Assembly (NCBI GenBank): GCA_003599865.1
Contig: QZKS01000095.1
Span: forward strand, 55,248 to 79,247
DNA: 24,000 nucleotides
Source of the DNA: Desulfobacteraceae bacterium
GTDB taxonomy: Bacteria; Desulfobacterota; Desulfobacteria; Desulfobacterales; SURF-7
Direction: 5' to 3'
The notes beneath the pieces were generated by a model. The model ran no database searches. It saw only the letters and a list, made by a program, of their open reading frames with translations, and had not been told where the DNA came from. Numbering within the stretch: position 1 is the stretch's first letter; every line of letters starts with the position of its first letter. A program made the translations under genes and the position numbers. Positions 8,758 through 17,075 of this stretch are shown piece by piece.

Positions 8758-9756
8758 ATGAAAACCGGAAGAAAAAAAGTCAGAGGTCTTGGATTGTGTT
8801 CCGGAGGTCTGGACAGTATCCTTGCCGGACGTGTTTTGCAGGAGCAGGGCATCGAGATCGAATGGATTTCTTTTGAAACTCCTTTTTTTTCATCGGAAAA
8901 AGCACAAAAAGCATCCCGGTTATACGGCATCCCGCTGACAATAAAGGACATGACAAAGGAGTATCTTGTCATGCTCAAAGACCCTCCTGCCGGTTATGGG
9001 AAGCATATGAACCCCTGCATGGATTGTCATGCCCTCATGTTTCATCTTGCCGGCGGCATCATGAGGGAAAAAGGATTTGATTTTCTGTTCAGCGGAGAAG
9101 TGCTGGGGCAGAGGCCCATGTCGCAGACCCGGCAGTCATTGCGTTATGTGGAAAAACATTCCGGATTTGACGGCTATATCATCAGACCGCTGAGTGCAAA
9201 ACTTCTGGCAGAGAGCATTCCGGAGAAACAGGGTATGTTGGATCGGGAAAAACTGCTGGACTTGACGGGCAGATCCAGAAAACCGCAGATCTCCATTGCT
9301 GAAAAACTGGGCATTTCCGAATATCCGGCGCCTGCGGGCGGCTGCTTGCTGACGGACAGGGGATTCAGTCTGCGTCTGAAAGATCTGTTTGACCATCAGG
9401 ACGTTTACCATGAAAGGGATTTTCATCTCCTGAAAGCAGGCAGACATCTTCGCCTGGATCCATTGATGAAAGCGGTTGTGGGGAGAACGGAAGAGGACAG
9501 CAACCGGATTGCGAAATTGTACAATTCAAAAACAGACATGATCTGCAGTCTGGTAAAAATTCCCGGACCGGTTGTGCTGGTGCCGGGCGGCTGTGAGAGT
9601 GAGGACAAACGTCTCTTGGCAGCAACCATCTGTGCCTCCTACAGCAAGGTGCCGAAGACGATTCCCGTTGAGGTCTGGATCAAGACGGTTGACGAACGGA
9701 AGAGGGTTCCGGTGATTTCTCTTCCGACATCCGTATTTCAAAAATGGATGATCTGA
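8758..9756 (+). CDS. PP-loop ATP pyrophosphatase superfamily protein (MnmA/ThiI-like tRNA thiolation-type enzyme)
   Basis: PP-loop motif GLCSGGLDS at the N-terminus, plus cysteine motifs NPCMDCH and GGCLLTD. I prefer the ATG at 8758, which has AGGATGG about 8 nt upstream, over the track start at 8746. The exact function was not resolved from sequence. Confidence 0.6.
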   Translation: MKTGRKKVRGLGLCSGGLDSILAGRVLQEQGIEIEWISFETPFFSSEKAQKASRLYGIPLTIKDMTKEYLVMLKDPPAGYGKHMNPCMDCHALMFHLAGGIMREKGFDFLFSGEVLGQRPMSQTRQSLRYVEKHSGFDGYIIRPLSAKLLAESIPEKQGMLDREKLLDLTGRSRKPQISIAEKLGISEYPAPAGGCLLTDRGFSLRLKDLFDHQDVYHERDFHLLKAGRHLRLDPLMKAVVGRTEEDSNRIAKLYNSKTDMICSLVKIPGPVVLVPGGCESEDKRLLAATICASYSKVPKTIPVEVWIKTVDERKRVPVISLPTSVFQKWMI

Positions 9757-9937
9757 TGCCATCAGGATTGCTCAAACAGCATATTGGAATGTTGTTTCCG
9801 GACATGAAATATGCTAACGGTAATACGGCTATCAAAAATCCATCAAATCAAAAATGCATAAATCTGATCAAACCAAATGAAAAAGCAGTCTTCTATATTA
9901 ATTTGCCATGGAAATATAAAGGGGGATCGGAAGTATT

Positions 9938-10786
9938 ATGACACGCAAACGACATCAAAAATCGGGAAGTGGAAATGGGATCGGGAAAATATTCATGATC
10001 CTGGGTGTAATGTTTCTCATCGCCTCATTTACCGTGGGGTGCGATGACAGCATTCTGGAAGGTGTGGCAGATGATGATTCCTTTGAGGCAAAGCTGGAGG
10101 AGGCCCGCATCGCTCTTGACAAGGGCGAATATGCCAAAGCGGTTGACCTGCTGACGGCTCTGGACAACGAAAATCCCGGCAACGCAACCATTCAGCAGTA
10201 CTTGAGCAATGCGTATGCCGGTCTGGCGGGATTGGATACCTTCAATTTACTGATGACCATTGAGGCTCTGGATGATTCAAATAATTCCGGAAGCATTGAT
10301 ATGATGGGGCTGATCCTGGGGGATAGCAATGGTCTGATAACCGCATCTCAGCTCCAGTCCAAACTGGAAAATCTTGAAAATGCGATTCATACACTGGAAG
10401 GGATTTCCAGTCCGAATAATGACCACAAGGTTCAGCTTGGCCTTCTGGCGGTCGCCCATATTTCCCTGACACTGGGAAATATCGTTCTGGAGGACCAGGG
10501 GGGGACATCCGTCACGCTGACCGAGGATGCTTTGGCCAGCCGGTACAGCAGCGGCCAGCCGGCTGAATTCAGCAATGTTTCACCGGCCACTTTGAATACA
10601 TCAGGGTTGACAGCCGATCTTGGATATGTAGGAGAGGCCGTAATTGCACTGGACAGTATTTCCAGCCAGGATAATGACCTGTCACAGGATTTTTCACAGT
10701 TCCAGAGTGATATTGATAATGATGGTGACGGAAGCGTATCGGAAAGTAATCTTGAAACTTATATCAACAATCAAATCCGGGATTGA
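9938..10786 (+). CDS. acidic lipoprotein of unknown function with C-terminal DxDxDG calcium-binding-like loop
   Basis: Signal peptide with a lipobox (FLIASFTVG-C). A TPR-like helix pair follows (EEARIALDKGEYAKAVDLLTAL). The composition is rich in D, N and S. The C-terminal DIDNDGDGSVSESNLE (10709-10756) resembles an EF-hand or dockerin-type loop. Confidence 0.6.
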   Translation: MTRKRHQKSGSGNGIGKIFMILGVMFLIASFTVGCDDSILEGVADDDSFEAKLEEARIALDKGEYAKAVDLLTALDNENPGNATIQQYLSNAYAGLAGLDTFNLLMTIEALDDSNNSGSIDMMGLILGDSNGLITASQLQSKLENLENAIHTLEGISSPNNDHKVQLGLLAVAHISLTLGNIVLEDQGGTSVTLTEDALASRYSSGQPAEFSNVSPATLNTSGLTADLGYVGEAVIALDSISSQDNDLSQDFSQFQSDIDNDGDGSVSESNLETYINNQIRD

Positions 10787-10811
10787 TCTATTGATCTTAA
10801 GGAGGAATACT

Positions 10812-11915
10812 GTGAGTAAACGATCTTCGTATACCAATATCTCTGTGGCGGCGTTCACTTTCATGTGTCTCATCGGATTTACGGTTAGCCTTTCCGCTGC
10901 AGAATACCCGAACAATTATCGGGGAATCCGTCCTCTTGGAATGGGCGGGGCTTTTACCGCGATTTCAGATGATGAAAACGCCCTGTTTTATAACCCGGCA
11001 GGATTATCAAACATATCAACATTCAGCATGGGTATTGTGAATCCAATGGTTGATGTTTCGGAAAACAGCATTGATTTCTATCGCGATCTTACCGATGCGG
11101 ATCTGGATGATACCGGTGAAACCACGGAGTTGCTCAGAAAGCATGTCGGCGAATATCAGCATCTTGCCATCAACTGGATCCCTTATGTGGGTTTTAATGC
11201 CGCCAATGTCGGGGTTATGGTTGCCGGAATCGCCAGTGCGAGTGTGGATGCCGAAATCCGGAATCCGCCGTATCCTGAGTTTCACCCCAAGGCAAACTGG
11301 GACTACGGGTTCACTGGAGGAGCCGGCCTCAAGGTTCCGCTTCAGGGACTCCGTGTCGGGGGTACGGTAAAATACATCGACCGCGAAAGTCTTGATGAGG
11401 TTTATACCGCAGCCGATATCGCGGATGACGACTTTGAGGACCGCCTGGATGATGACCGGAAATCCGGTTCCGGCGTGACTATGGATCTCGGGGTGCTGTA
11501 TGAACTGCCCATAGAATCCTCTTTTACCACCGATGTCGGCCTGAGTGTCAACAACCTGATTGAAATGGATATGGATGATGCGGAAGATATCAAACGGACG
11601 ATCAATCTTGGCATTGCGACACGGCGGTCATTCGGCGGCTTCAAATTGATTGGTGCTTTTGATATCCTGGATATTACCAAAAGCTATGAGCAGGACGATG
11701 ATTTTATGAAGCGGATTCACATGGGTGCAGAGCTTCAGATGCCGGTAATTGCCGCCATTCGAATGGGGTTTAACCAGGGATACCTGACTGCCGGAGCCAC
11801 CCTGGATTTTCCCGTCGTGCGGCTTGATTTTGCGACCTATGCAGAAGAGGTCGGTGCCTATTCCGGCCAGCGGGAAGACCGGCGATATGTGGGCCAGCTT
11901 TCCATTGGATGGTAA
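10812..11915 (+). CDS. outer-membrane beta-barrel protein (PorV/TraF/FadL-like family)
   Basis: The true start is probably the GTG at 10812, with AAGGAGG at 10799-10805 six nt upstream. The signal peptide ends at LSAA-EY. The motif RPLGMGGAFTAISDDENALFYNPAGL is typical of this OMP class. The sequence shows an alternating beta-strand pattern and ends in the aromatic signal LSIGW. The track start at 10644 overlaps the upstream gene. Confidence 0.7.
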   Translation: MSKRSSYTNISVAAFTFMCLIGFTVSLSAAEYPNNYRGIRPLGMGGAFTAISDDENALFYNPAGLSNISTFSMGIVNPMVDVSENSIDFYRDLTDADLDDTGETTELLRKHVGEYQHLAINWIPYVGFNAANVGVMVAGIASASVDAEIRNPPYPEFHPKANWDYGFTGGAGLKVPLQGLRVGGTVKYIDRESLDEVYTAADIADDDFEDRLDDDRKSGSGVTMDLGVLYELPIESSFTTDVGLSVNNLIEMDMDDAEDIKRTINLGIATRRSFGGFKLIGAFDILDITKSYEQDDDFMKRIHMGAELQMPVIAAIRMGFNQGYLTAGATLDFPVVRLDFATYAEEVGAYSGQREDRRYVGQLSIGW

Positions 11916-11920
11916 TACTG

Positions 11921-11968
11921 AAAAATGCCCGGATTTTATCTGTTTCAGAAAATTCCGGGCATTTTTTT
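11921..11968. terminator. bidirectional rho-independent terminator between convergent genes
   Basis: AAAAATGCCCGGATTTT ... AAAATTCCGGGCATTTTTTT. The core stem ATGCCCGG/CCGGGCAT is 8 bp. An A-tract on one side and a T-tract on the other let it work on both strands. The T-tract overlaps the plsC-family stop codon at 11967-11969. Confidence 0.6.
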
Positions 11969-12827
11969 ATTCGGATGTTGCCTGTTTGGCATAATCGGCA
12001 GGCAACCCTGACTGGATGATGTTCTTCACATCATCCATGAGCAGTTGAATATCTTTGTCCTTATAAGTTTCAATCGACACCGGCGGATGGATCATCATCT
12101 TCGCCCTTCCCGGAAAGAGATCCAGGGTTTTGGCAGGAAGGATGTCCTTTGTGCCCATGATGGTGATGGGTAGCAGGGGAAGATCCATATCCAGCGCAAA
12201 CCGGAAAGCACCTTTTTTAAACGGCCTGAGTTCACCGGTTTCGCTGCGGGTGCCTTCCGGAAAAAATATAACGGAAGTCCCATTTACAATCCGTTTTTTG
12301 GCCATATTAATGGATTCAATGGCAGCCGCCGGATTGGAACGGTCGATATAGATATGCTCGATTTTTTCACAGGCCGGTCCCAGGAAAGGCACCTTTCTAA
12401 GGGATGCTTTCATGACCCATTTGAAATCAATACCGATCCATCCATAGAGAATGAAAATGTCATAAAAACTTTGATGATTGGAAACAATCACATAGGATTG
12501 TTTCTCATCGATGAATTCGCGACCTTGAATGCTGACGAGCATGGGGGTCGCGTAGCTGTTTATTTTTGCCCACAGCATGCCGAATACGGTACTGGCAAAT
12601 CTGGGATTGACCAGCAGGGCCGATAGATAAGCCAGCATTCCTATAACAAACGTGTTCATTCCGACAAAAGGCATGAATATCAGGATTTGATAGGGTTTAT
12701 ACAGGATTCCGGCGACTCTCAGCGCAAACCTTTTGAATCGGATCGGCCTGAAATCCGTAAGGGAAAACATAAAGTATTTTTTAAACCTGTTGTTCAACAG
12801 ATTTTCCGTTTGATTGGTTTCCGGCAT
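11967..12827 (-). CDS. 1-acyl-sn-glycerol-3-phosphate acyltransferase family protein (PlsC-like)
   Basis: Acyltransferase motif I SNHQSFYDIF (NHxxxxD) and motif III FPEGTRS, with an N-terminal TM segment. The start codon is uncertain, and M20 at 12770 is an alternative. Confidence 0.85.
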   Translation of the reverse strand: MPETNQTENLLNNRFKKYFMFSLTDFRPIRFKRFALRVAGILYKPYQILIFMPFVGMNTFVIGMLAYLSALLVNPRFASTVFGMLWAKINSYATPMLVSIQGREFIDEKQSYVIVSNHQSFYDIFILYGWIGIDFKWVMKASLRKVPFLGPACEKIEHIYIDRSNPAAAIESINMAKKRIVNGTSVIFFPEGTRSETGELRPFKKGAFRFALDMDLPLLPITIMGTKDILPAKTLDLFPGRAKMMIHPPVSIETYKDKDIQLLMDDVKNIIQSGLPADYAKQATSE

Positions 12828-12926
12828 GTGATTATACCTGAATAAAGGTGAAAATGAATGTTACGGCAATAAAGCTTATTTTCACTTTTACAAAAGTTTT
12901 ACAAATAAATTAATCGACAAATTCGA

Positions 12927-13946
12927 TCATGTCAATAGGGGATAGGGCAGACGGTATTGTTTCTTCAATTGAAAAATCCGGTCCAGGGATTGATATGCCT
13001 GGTTTTTACGGTTTGAAGAATGCCCGGTCAGTGTGAGCATTTCCGTAAAGGCGGATTCGATATCCGGCCCCTTATGACAGATCAGGGCAATATCAATTTC
13101 CGCATCAAAAATGTACCGGATCGAATCCTTGATATCAAAATAGTTACGAATCGATCCCATATCCAGATCATCCGTCAGGACAAGCCCTTGATAACCCATC
13201 TGATCCCGCAACAGATCTTTTGCGATACGCCGGGAAAGACTCGCCGGAAGATCCTGGTCAAACTGAACATACCGGATATGGGATAACATGATGCCGGCTA
13301 CGTTCCGGTCAATGGCAGCCCGGAAAGGAAGCAGGTCGGTTTCCTCCATATCGGAAATGGATGCATCCAGAAAGGGAGCGTCAATATGGGAATCCAGGGT
13401 TGTCCGTCCAATACCGGGATAGTGTTTGGCAACGGCCATGATCCCATTATCCTGAAGGGTCTGAATAACGGTTTGGCCCATTGTTGCCACCCATTTCGGA
13501 TCGCAGCCGAAGGCTCTTTCCGTCATAACACTTTGAATACCTTCCAGAGGAACATCCATTACCGGGGCCATGTTCATGTTGATTCCAATGCTTTTCAGTT
13601 CGGATGCGGTAATCCTAGCAAAATCAACCGCATCTACTTCGTTTTTCATGGAGGGGTTTCCGGGGAAACAGGTGAACGGCTTCTTGAGCCGGGCAACCTG
13701 GCCGCCTTCCTGGTCGATGGCAATAAAAAGAGGCGGCTGGTTGCAGGAAAGAGCATAATCCTGAGCGGAAACGCATAACTCTCTGATCTGTTCCGGCGAA
13801 GACAGGTTTATGGCAAATAAAATAAGGCCTCCGATTTTTAATTCGCGAATGATGTATTTGAGGTCGCTGTTCAGTTCTTTTCCCTCAAAACCGACCATCA
13901 ATCGCTGTCCTGCTATCTGTCTGTCTGAGAAATCATGGAATGTCAT
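12927..13946 (-). CDS. nagZ: beta-N-acetylhexosaminidase (GH3, NagZ)
   Basis: Motifs QRLMVGFEG, IDQEGGQVARL, KHYPGIGRTTLDSH and VLTDDLDMG. The start is set at the Met of MTFHDFSDRQIAG (13946), 7 nt after the mltG stop. The track extension to 14132 would overlap mltG by 179 nt. Confidence 0.9.
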   Translation of the reverse strand: MTFHDFSDRQIAGQRLMVGFEGKELNSDLKYIIRELKIGGLILFAINLSSPEQIRELCVSAQDYALSCNQPPLFIAIDQEGGQVARLKKPFTCFPGNPSMKNEVDAVDFARITASELKSIGINMNMAPVMDVPLEGIQSVMTERAFGCDPKWVATMGQTVIQTLQDNGIMAVAKHYPGIGRTTLDSHIDAPFLDASISDMEETDLLPFRAAIDRNVAGIMLSHIRYVQFDQDLPASLSRRIAKDLLRDQMGYQGLVLTDDLDMGSIRNYFDIKDSIRYIFDAEIDIALICHKGPDIESAFTEMLTLTGHSSNRKNQAYQSLDRIFQLKKQYRLPYPLLT

Positions 13947-13953
13947 AATGTGA

Positions 13954-15000
13954 TTATCTTTTCCTGATCTGGTATTTTCTGACAGCCTTGTTGTGTTCAG
14001 AAATGGTTGTTGAAAAATGATGTGTTCTATCCCGTTTTGCAACAAAAAACAGATAAGGGGCTTCGGCAGGATAGAGTGCCGCTTCCAGTGCTTTGTCCCC
14101 GGGATTGGCGATCGGTCCGGGAGGCAGTCCACGTATTTTATAGGTATTGTAAGGTGTCACCGTCTGAAGGTGTTTTCTGGTCAGATTTCCATTGAAATCC
14201 GGAATGGCATATATCACTGTGGGATCACTTTCCAGCCGCATTTTTTTTCGAAGCCGGTTATGGAAGACCGACGAAATCATTTTCCTTTCATCAGGAACAC
14301 CGGTTTCCTTTTCGATGATGGACGCGAGGGTGACAATCTCATGAATGGTCAATCCCAATCGTTTTGCCTGTTCATTCCAGTTTTCTGTAAACATTTCCTG
14401 AAACCGATTCACCATGGCGGTAATGATTTTCCGGGGTGTTGTTTCTTTTGAAAAAAGATACGTATCCGGGAAAAGATAACCTTCAAATGTATCGGCAGGG
14501 ATTCCCATTTCATGGGCGAGTTCAGGATCGGTTGCCGCCTGATAAAAATGATCAAAGGTTGCCAGACCTGATTTTTCGATCACCTGTGACACCTGAAAAA
14601 GATTGTAGCCTTCCGGAACGGTCACCCGATACAACATACTTTTGCCGGACACGATGATATCCAATATCTCATTCGGGGTCATGGACGGTGAAAGCGGGTA
14701 CTCACCGACCTTCAACCGGCGATCCAGGTCTCTTATCCGAGATAATACTTTTAATTTAAATGGACTTTTAATGATATTCCGTTCCTGAAGCTGTCTGGCT
14801 GCCTCATGAATATTTTGTCCGGGATGAACGGAAAAGAGTATCTTTTCCGTATTGGAGCTGCATGGCGTTTCAGCATATTGATAGATGCTTCTGATGAAAA
14901 AAAAGGCCGCTGTCAGAATGATGAAAGTGCAGATACAGAGTATGATAATCAGTTTTTTCAAGATCCGGCTTTTGCTTTTTGGGTGATCCGATTGTTTCAT
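13954..15000 (-). CDS. mltG: endolytic murein transglycosylase MltG (YceG-like)
   Basis: Motifs YLFPDTY, ASIIEKE, HNRLRKKMRLESDPTVIYA, TPYNTYKIRGLPPGPIANPG and YLFFVA. An N-terminal basic stretch is followed by a single TM helix. The start is set at MKQSDHPK (15000). The track extension to 15171 would run through the atpE terminator and into atpE. Confidence 0.9.
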   Translation of the reverse strand: MKQSDHPKSKSRILKKLIIILCICTFIILTAAFFFIRSIYQYAETPCSSNTEKILFSVHPGQNIHEAARQLQERNIIKSPFKLKVLSRIRDLDRRLKVGEYPLSPSMTPNEILDIIVSGKSMLYRVTVPEGYNLFQVSQVIEKSGLATFDHFYQAATDPELAHEMGIPADTFEGYLFPDTYLFSKETTPRKIITAMVNRFQEMFTENWNEQAKRLGLTIHEIVTLASIIEKETGVPDERKMISSVFHNRLRKKMRLESDPTVIYAIPDFNGNLTRKHLQTVTPYNTYKIRGLPPGPIANPGDKALEAALYPAEAPYLFFVAKRDRTHHFSTTISEHNKAVRKYQIRKR

Positions 15001-15063
15001 CCGTAGGTTTTTATATTCCGTACTATTCTTAAACCAGTTTGCGGTTTGCGGCAAGCTCAAGTC

Positions 15064-15103
15064 AAAAAAAAAGGGCCGTACCACATTTAATGGTGCAGCC
15101 CTT
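15064..15103 (-). terminator. rho-independent terminator after atpE
   Basis: The minus-strand RNA reads AAGGGCUGCACCA-UUAAAUG-UGGUACGGCCCUU followed by U9. The stem is 13 bp with one mismatch and one G-U pair. It lies 22 nt downstream of the atpE stop. Confidence 0.7.
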
Positions 15104-15124
15104 TTAAAACAAAAGACGCTTTTC

Positions 15125-15412
15125 TTACTTGGTGAGCAGTTCTGTAACCGTTGTAGCCATTGGTGCGGCATAGATCAAAATCAATGCAACAACCAATGCA
15201 TAAATACAGAGAGACTCGATCATCGCAAGACCGATCAGCATGGTAACCGTTACTTTACCAGAAGATTCGGGATTTCTTGCAATACCTTCAACAGCGGCCT
15301 TTAAACCAAGACCCTGTGCGATACCGCAACCAAATGCTGCGATGGCGATTCCAAAACCTGCTGCAGTTACGCAAGCGATAAAAAACTTTAATGCTTCAGC
15401 TTCCATTGACAA
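15125..15412 (-). CDS. atpE: F0F1 ATP synthase subunit c
   Basis: A 95-aa hairpin proteolipid: [18 protein letters not shown] ... ARNPE loop ... [24 protein letters not shown]. The conserved ion-binding Glu is present. Confidence 0.95.
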   Translation of the reverse strand: MSMEAEALKFFIACVTAAGFGIAIAAFGCGIAQGLGLKAAVEGIARNPESSGKVTVTMLIGLAMIESLCIYALVVALILIYAAPMATTVTELLTK

Positions 15413-15484
15413 CCTCCTTAGAGTGATAAGTTAGCTCGGGCTTCTTCCATTAAACCCAATTTATGAATAAAAATTGTTTTTTCA

Positions 15485-16183
15485 TTAATGTGCATGTTCC
15501 ATTGCACCTGTAAAGTAGATGATGGAAAGCAGGAAAAAAACAAATGCCTGAACAAAAGAGACAAAAATACCGAGTGCCATGATCGGCAGCGGCGCCAGGA
15601 AAGCCCCGGCAAGACCAAAAAGGATCGCGAGTACAATTTCATGTCCCATCATATTTCCAAAAAGACGGAAGGTGAGGGAAAGGATTCGGGCGGCGTGTCC
15701 GATCACTTCGATAACGAAAATCAGGGGGCTCATCCACCATACCGGCCCCATGAAATGTTTGATGTATTTTGCACCATGGTATTTGATACCAATAACATGG
15801 GTAAAGACCACGACAACCAGCGCACAGGACAGGGTGGTATTGATGCTGGCGGTCGGCGGAAAGAATCCGGGTACCAGTCCGACCAGGTTTCCGACAAAGA
15901 TATAAATAAAGACAGTTGCCGCCAGTGGAAGCAGCCATCTTCCTTCTTCACCGGTGTTTTCGACCATAAACTCTTCAATGCCGGAAATCGTGACTTCAAA
16001 AAAGTTCTGCATTTTGTTCGGAACCATGGATATGTTTTTTGCGGCAAGGGCGCCAAAGAGCATCAGAATTGCCATAACCACCCAGGAATAAACGACATGA
16101 GGGTAGTGATGTGCAAAAGCATATACTGATTCCAATCCGATTACTTTAAATAAATCAACGAAAAACAGATAGGGATGTTCCAC
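15485..16183 (-). CDS. atpB: F0F1 ATP synthase subunit a
   Basis: Polytopic membrane protein with the signature LTFRLFGNMMGHE, which contains the essential Arg. The start is set at the GTG at 16183 (VEHPYLFF), 1 nt after the atpI stop. AGGAGG at 16198-16193 lies upstream. Confidence 0.93.
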   Translation of the reverse strand: MEHPYLFFVDLFKVIGLESVYAFAHHYPHVVYSWVVMAILMLFGALAAKNISMVPNKMQNFFEVTISGIEEFMVENTGEEGRWLLPLAATVFIYIFVGNLVGLVPGFFPPTASINTTLSCALVVVVFTHVIGIKYHGAKYIKHFMGPVWWMSPLIFVIEVIGHAARILSLTFRLFGNMMGHEIVLAILFGLAGAFLAPLPIMALGIFVSFVQAFVFFLLSIIYFTGAMEHAH

Positions 16184-16184
16184 C

Positions 16185-16571
16185 TTAGACAGCCTCCTTG
16201 AAGATGATTTTTGTAAGTTCATTCATGGTTGCGGCGATAATGCTGGCAACAACAACCGAAAGACCGATGAACAGGCCCAGCGGATTTACAAAATGCCCGG
16301 AAATGAGTACAAATATAATAATTCCGCTGGCAATAAAGCGGATATAATATTTTGCAAGAACAACATTATGGGATGATAAATAGGGGGGAGTTAATGCTTT
16401 TTTCAGTGTTTTGGCCAGAAGATGAAAATTGACGGTAACGATCAGTCCTCCGGAAAAAATTCCCAGGGCAAAGGCCATGGATGAGAAAAAAAATCCTGCC
16501 AGACTGGATAGGATAAACAGTATCCAGTTTGCCCGGGTAACGAAAAATAAAAGCCGTTCCTGTATGCTCAC
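16185..16571 (-). CDS. atpI: ATP synthase protein I-like small membrane protein
   Basis: 128 aa with four hydrophobic helices. It sits immediately upstream of atpB, as in many atp operons. Start codon is GTG. The call rests on position and topology rather than strong motifs. Confidence 0.6.
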   Translation of the reverse strand: MSIQERLLFFVTRANWILFILSSLAGFFFSSMAFALGIFSGGLIVTVNFHLLAKTLKKALTPPYLSSHNVVLAKYYIRFIASGIIIFVLISGHFVNPLGLFIGLSVVVASIIAATMNELTKIIFKEAV

Positions 16572-16585
16572 TCCAAATATCCTTA

Positions 16586-16804
16586 TTAAAGCTTCCGGCT
16601 TTTTTTAACAGCCAGTGCTATGTTTTTAAACGCAGCCGCAATACCCAGTCCCAGACCGATCAGTGTCAGCCAAGGAGTTGTATCCAACCATCTGTCCAGG
16701 TAAACACCTGCAAACAGTCCGATGAAAATTGACAAGGCTACTGAAAAGCCCAGACTGCTGTAGTATGCAAGTTCGCGTATGGCAAGTCTGGTTTCTTTCT
16801 TCAT
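16586..16804 (-). CDS. atpZ: AtpZ/AtpI-family (ATPase_gene1) small membrane protein
   Basis: A two-TM protein: LGFSVALSIFIGLFAGVYLDRWLDTTPWLTLIGLGLGIAAAFKNI. This matches my recollection of the AtpZ family. The start is set at MKKETRLAI (16804). The track start at 16870 would coincide with the predicted transcription start. Confidence 0.7.
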   Translation of the reverse strand: MKKETRLAIRELAYYSSLGFSVALSIFIGLFAGVYLDRWLDTTPWLTLIGLGLGIAAAFKNIALAVKKSRKL

Positions 16805-16877
16805 GGAAAAGAAGCCTTTACAAAAATCGCTCTGCAGCCGTGAATTCATCCTATATCCGAATGAATTCAAATTATGC

Positions 16878-16907
16878 TAAATATCACACGGAATTTAGAT
16901 AAGTCAA
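16878..16907 (-). promoter_or_regulatory. candidate sigma70 promoter of the atpZ-atpI-atpB-atpE module
   Basis: On the minus strand: TTGACT (16907-16902), an 18-nt spacer, then the extended -10 TGaTATTTA (-10 hexamer at 16883-16878). An A/T-rich UP-like tract lies upstream. Confidence 0.4.
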
Positions 16908-17075
16908 TGCAAAAAACAGAATTGCTGGGGAATATTTTTTTCGGGTGTCTTTAAATATAATTATTTGATTTCAATAATTTTTTTTTGTAAATTTCCGGCA
17001 TGGCAAAGCCCTCATTTGATAGCGGATTTAAGAGGATTTCACCGGTTATCGTTGGTTGGTTTGCCGGTACACAGA

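Noticed and set aside
9744-9941. 65-aa ORF in the AT-rich spacer upstream of the lipoprotein gene
   Set aside because: It has no SD and no motifs, and it overlaps the end of the PP-loop gene. The region looks like promoter DNA. I also looked for a sigma54 TGGCAC-N5-TTGC element here and found only weak partial matches.
10644-10811. N-terminal 56-codon extension of the OMP ORF
   Set aside because: It overlaps the 3' end of the lipoprotein gene in another frame and lacks signal-peptide character. An excellent SD plus GTG at 10812 immediately precedes a proper signal peptide.
12831-12836. Perfect TATAAT on the minus strand just upstream of the plsC-family ATG
   Set aside because: It is only 3 nt from the ATG, too close to serve as a -10 for that start. 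The associated -35 is poor (ATTCAT or TTCATT). It would matter only if translation starts at M20 (12770), which I cannot support.
12848-12885. Inverted repeat GTGAAAAT ... ATTTTCAC downstream of nagZ
   Set aside because: The stem is AT-rich and 8 bp with a 22-nt loop, and the downstream T-tract is only weak. It is too unstable to call a terminator.
15001-15171. N-terminal extension of the mltG ORF; a similar extension of nagZ covers 13947-14132
   Set aside because: The mltG extension would read through the atpE terminator hairpin and into atpE. The nagZ extension would overlap mltG by 179 nt. Internal Met starts give protein lengths and N-termini typical of both families.
15488-16129. 213-aa plus-strand ORF, plus smaller ORFs at 15579-15905, 15639-15938 and 15730-16056
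   Set aside because: All overlap atpB, whose product has unmistakable subunit-a motifs. They are out-of-frame or antisense shadows.
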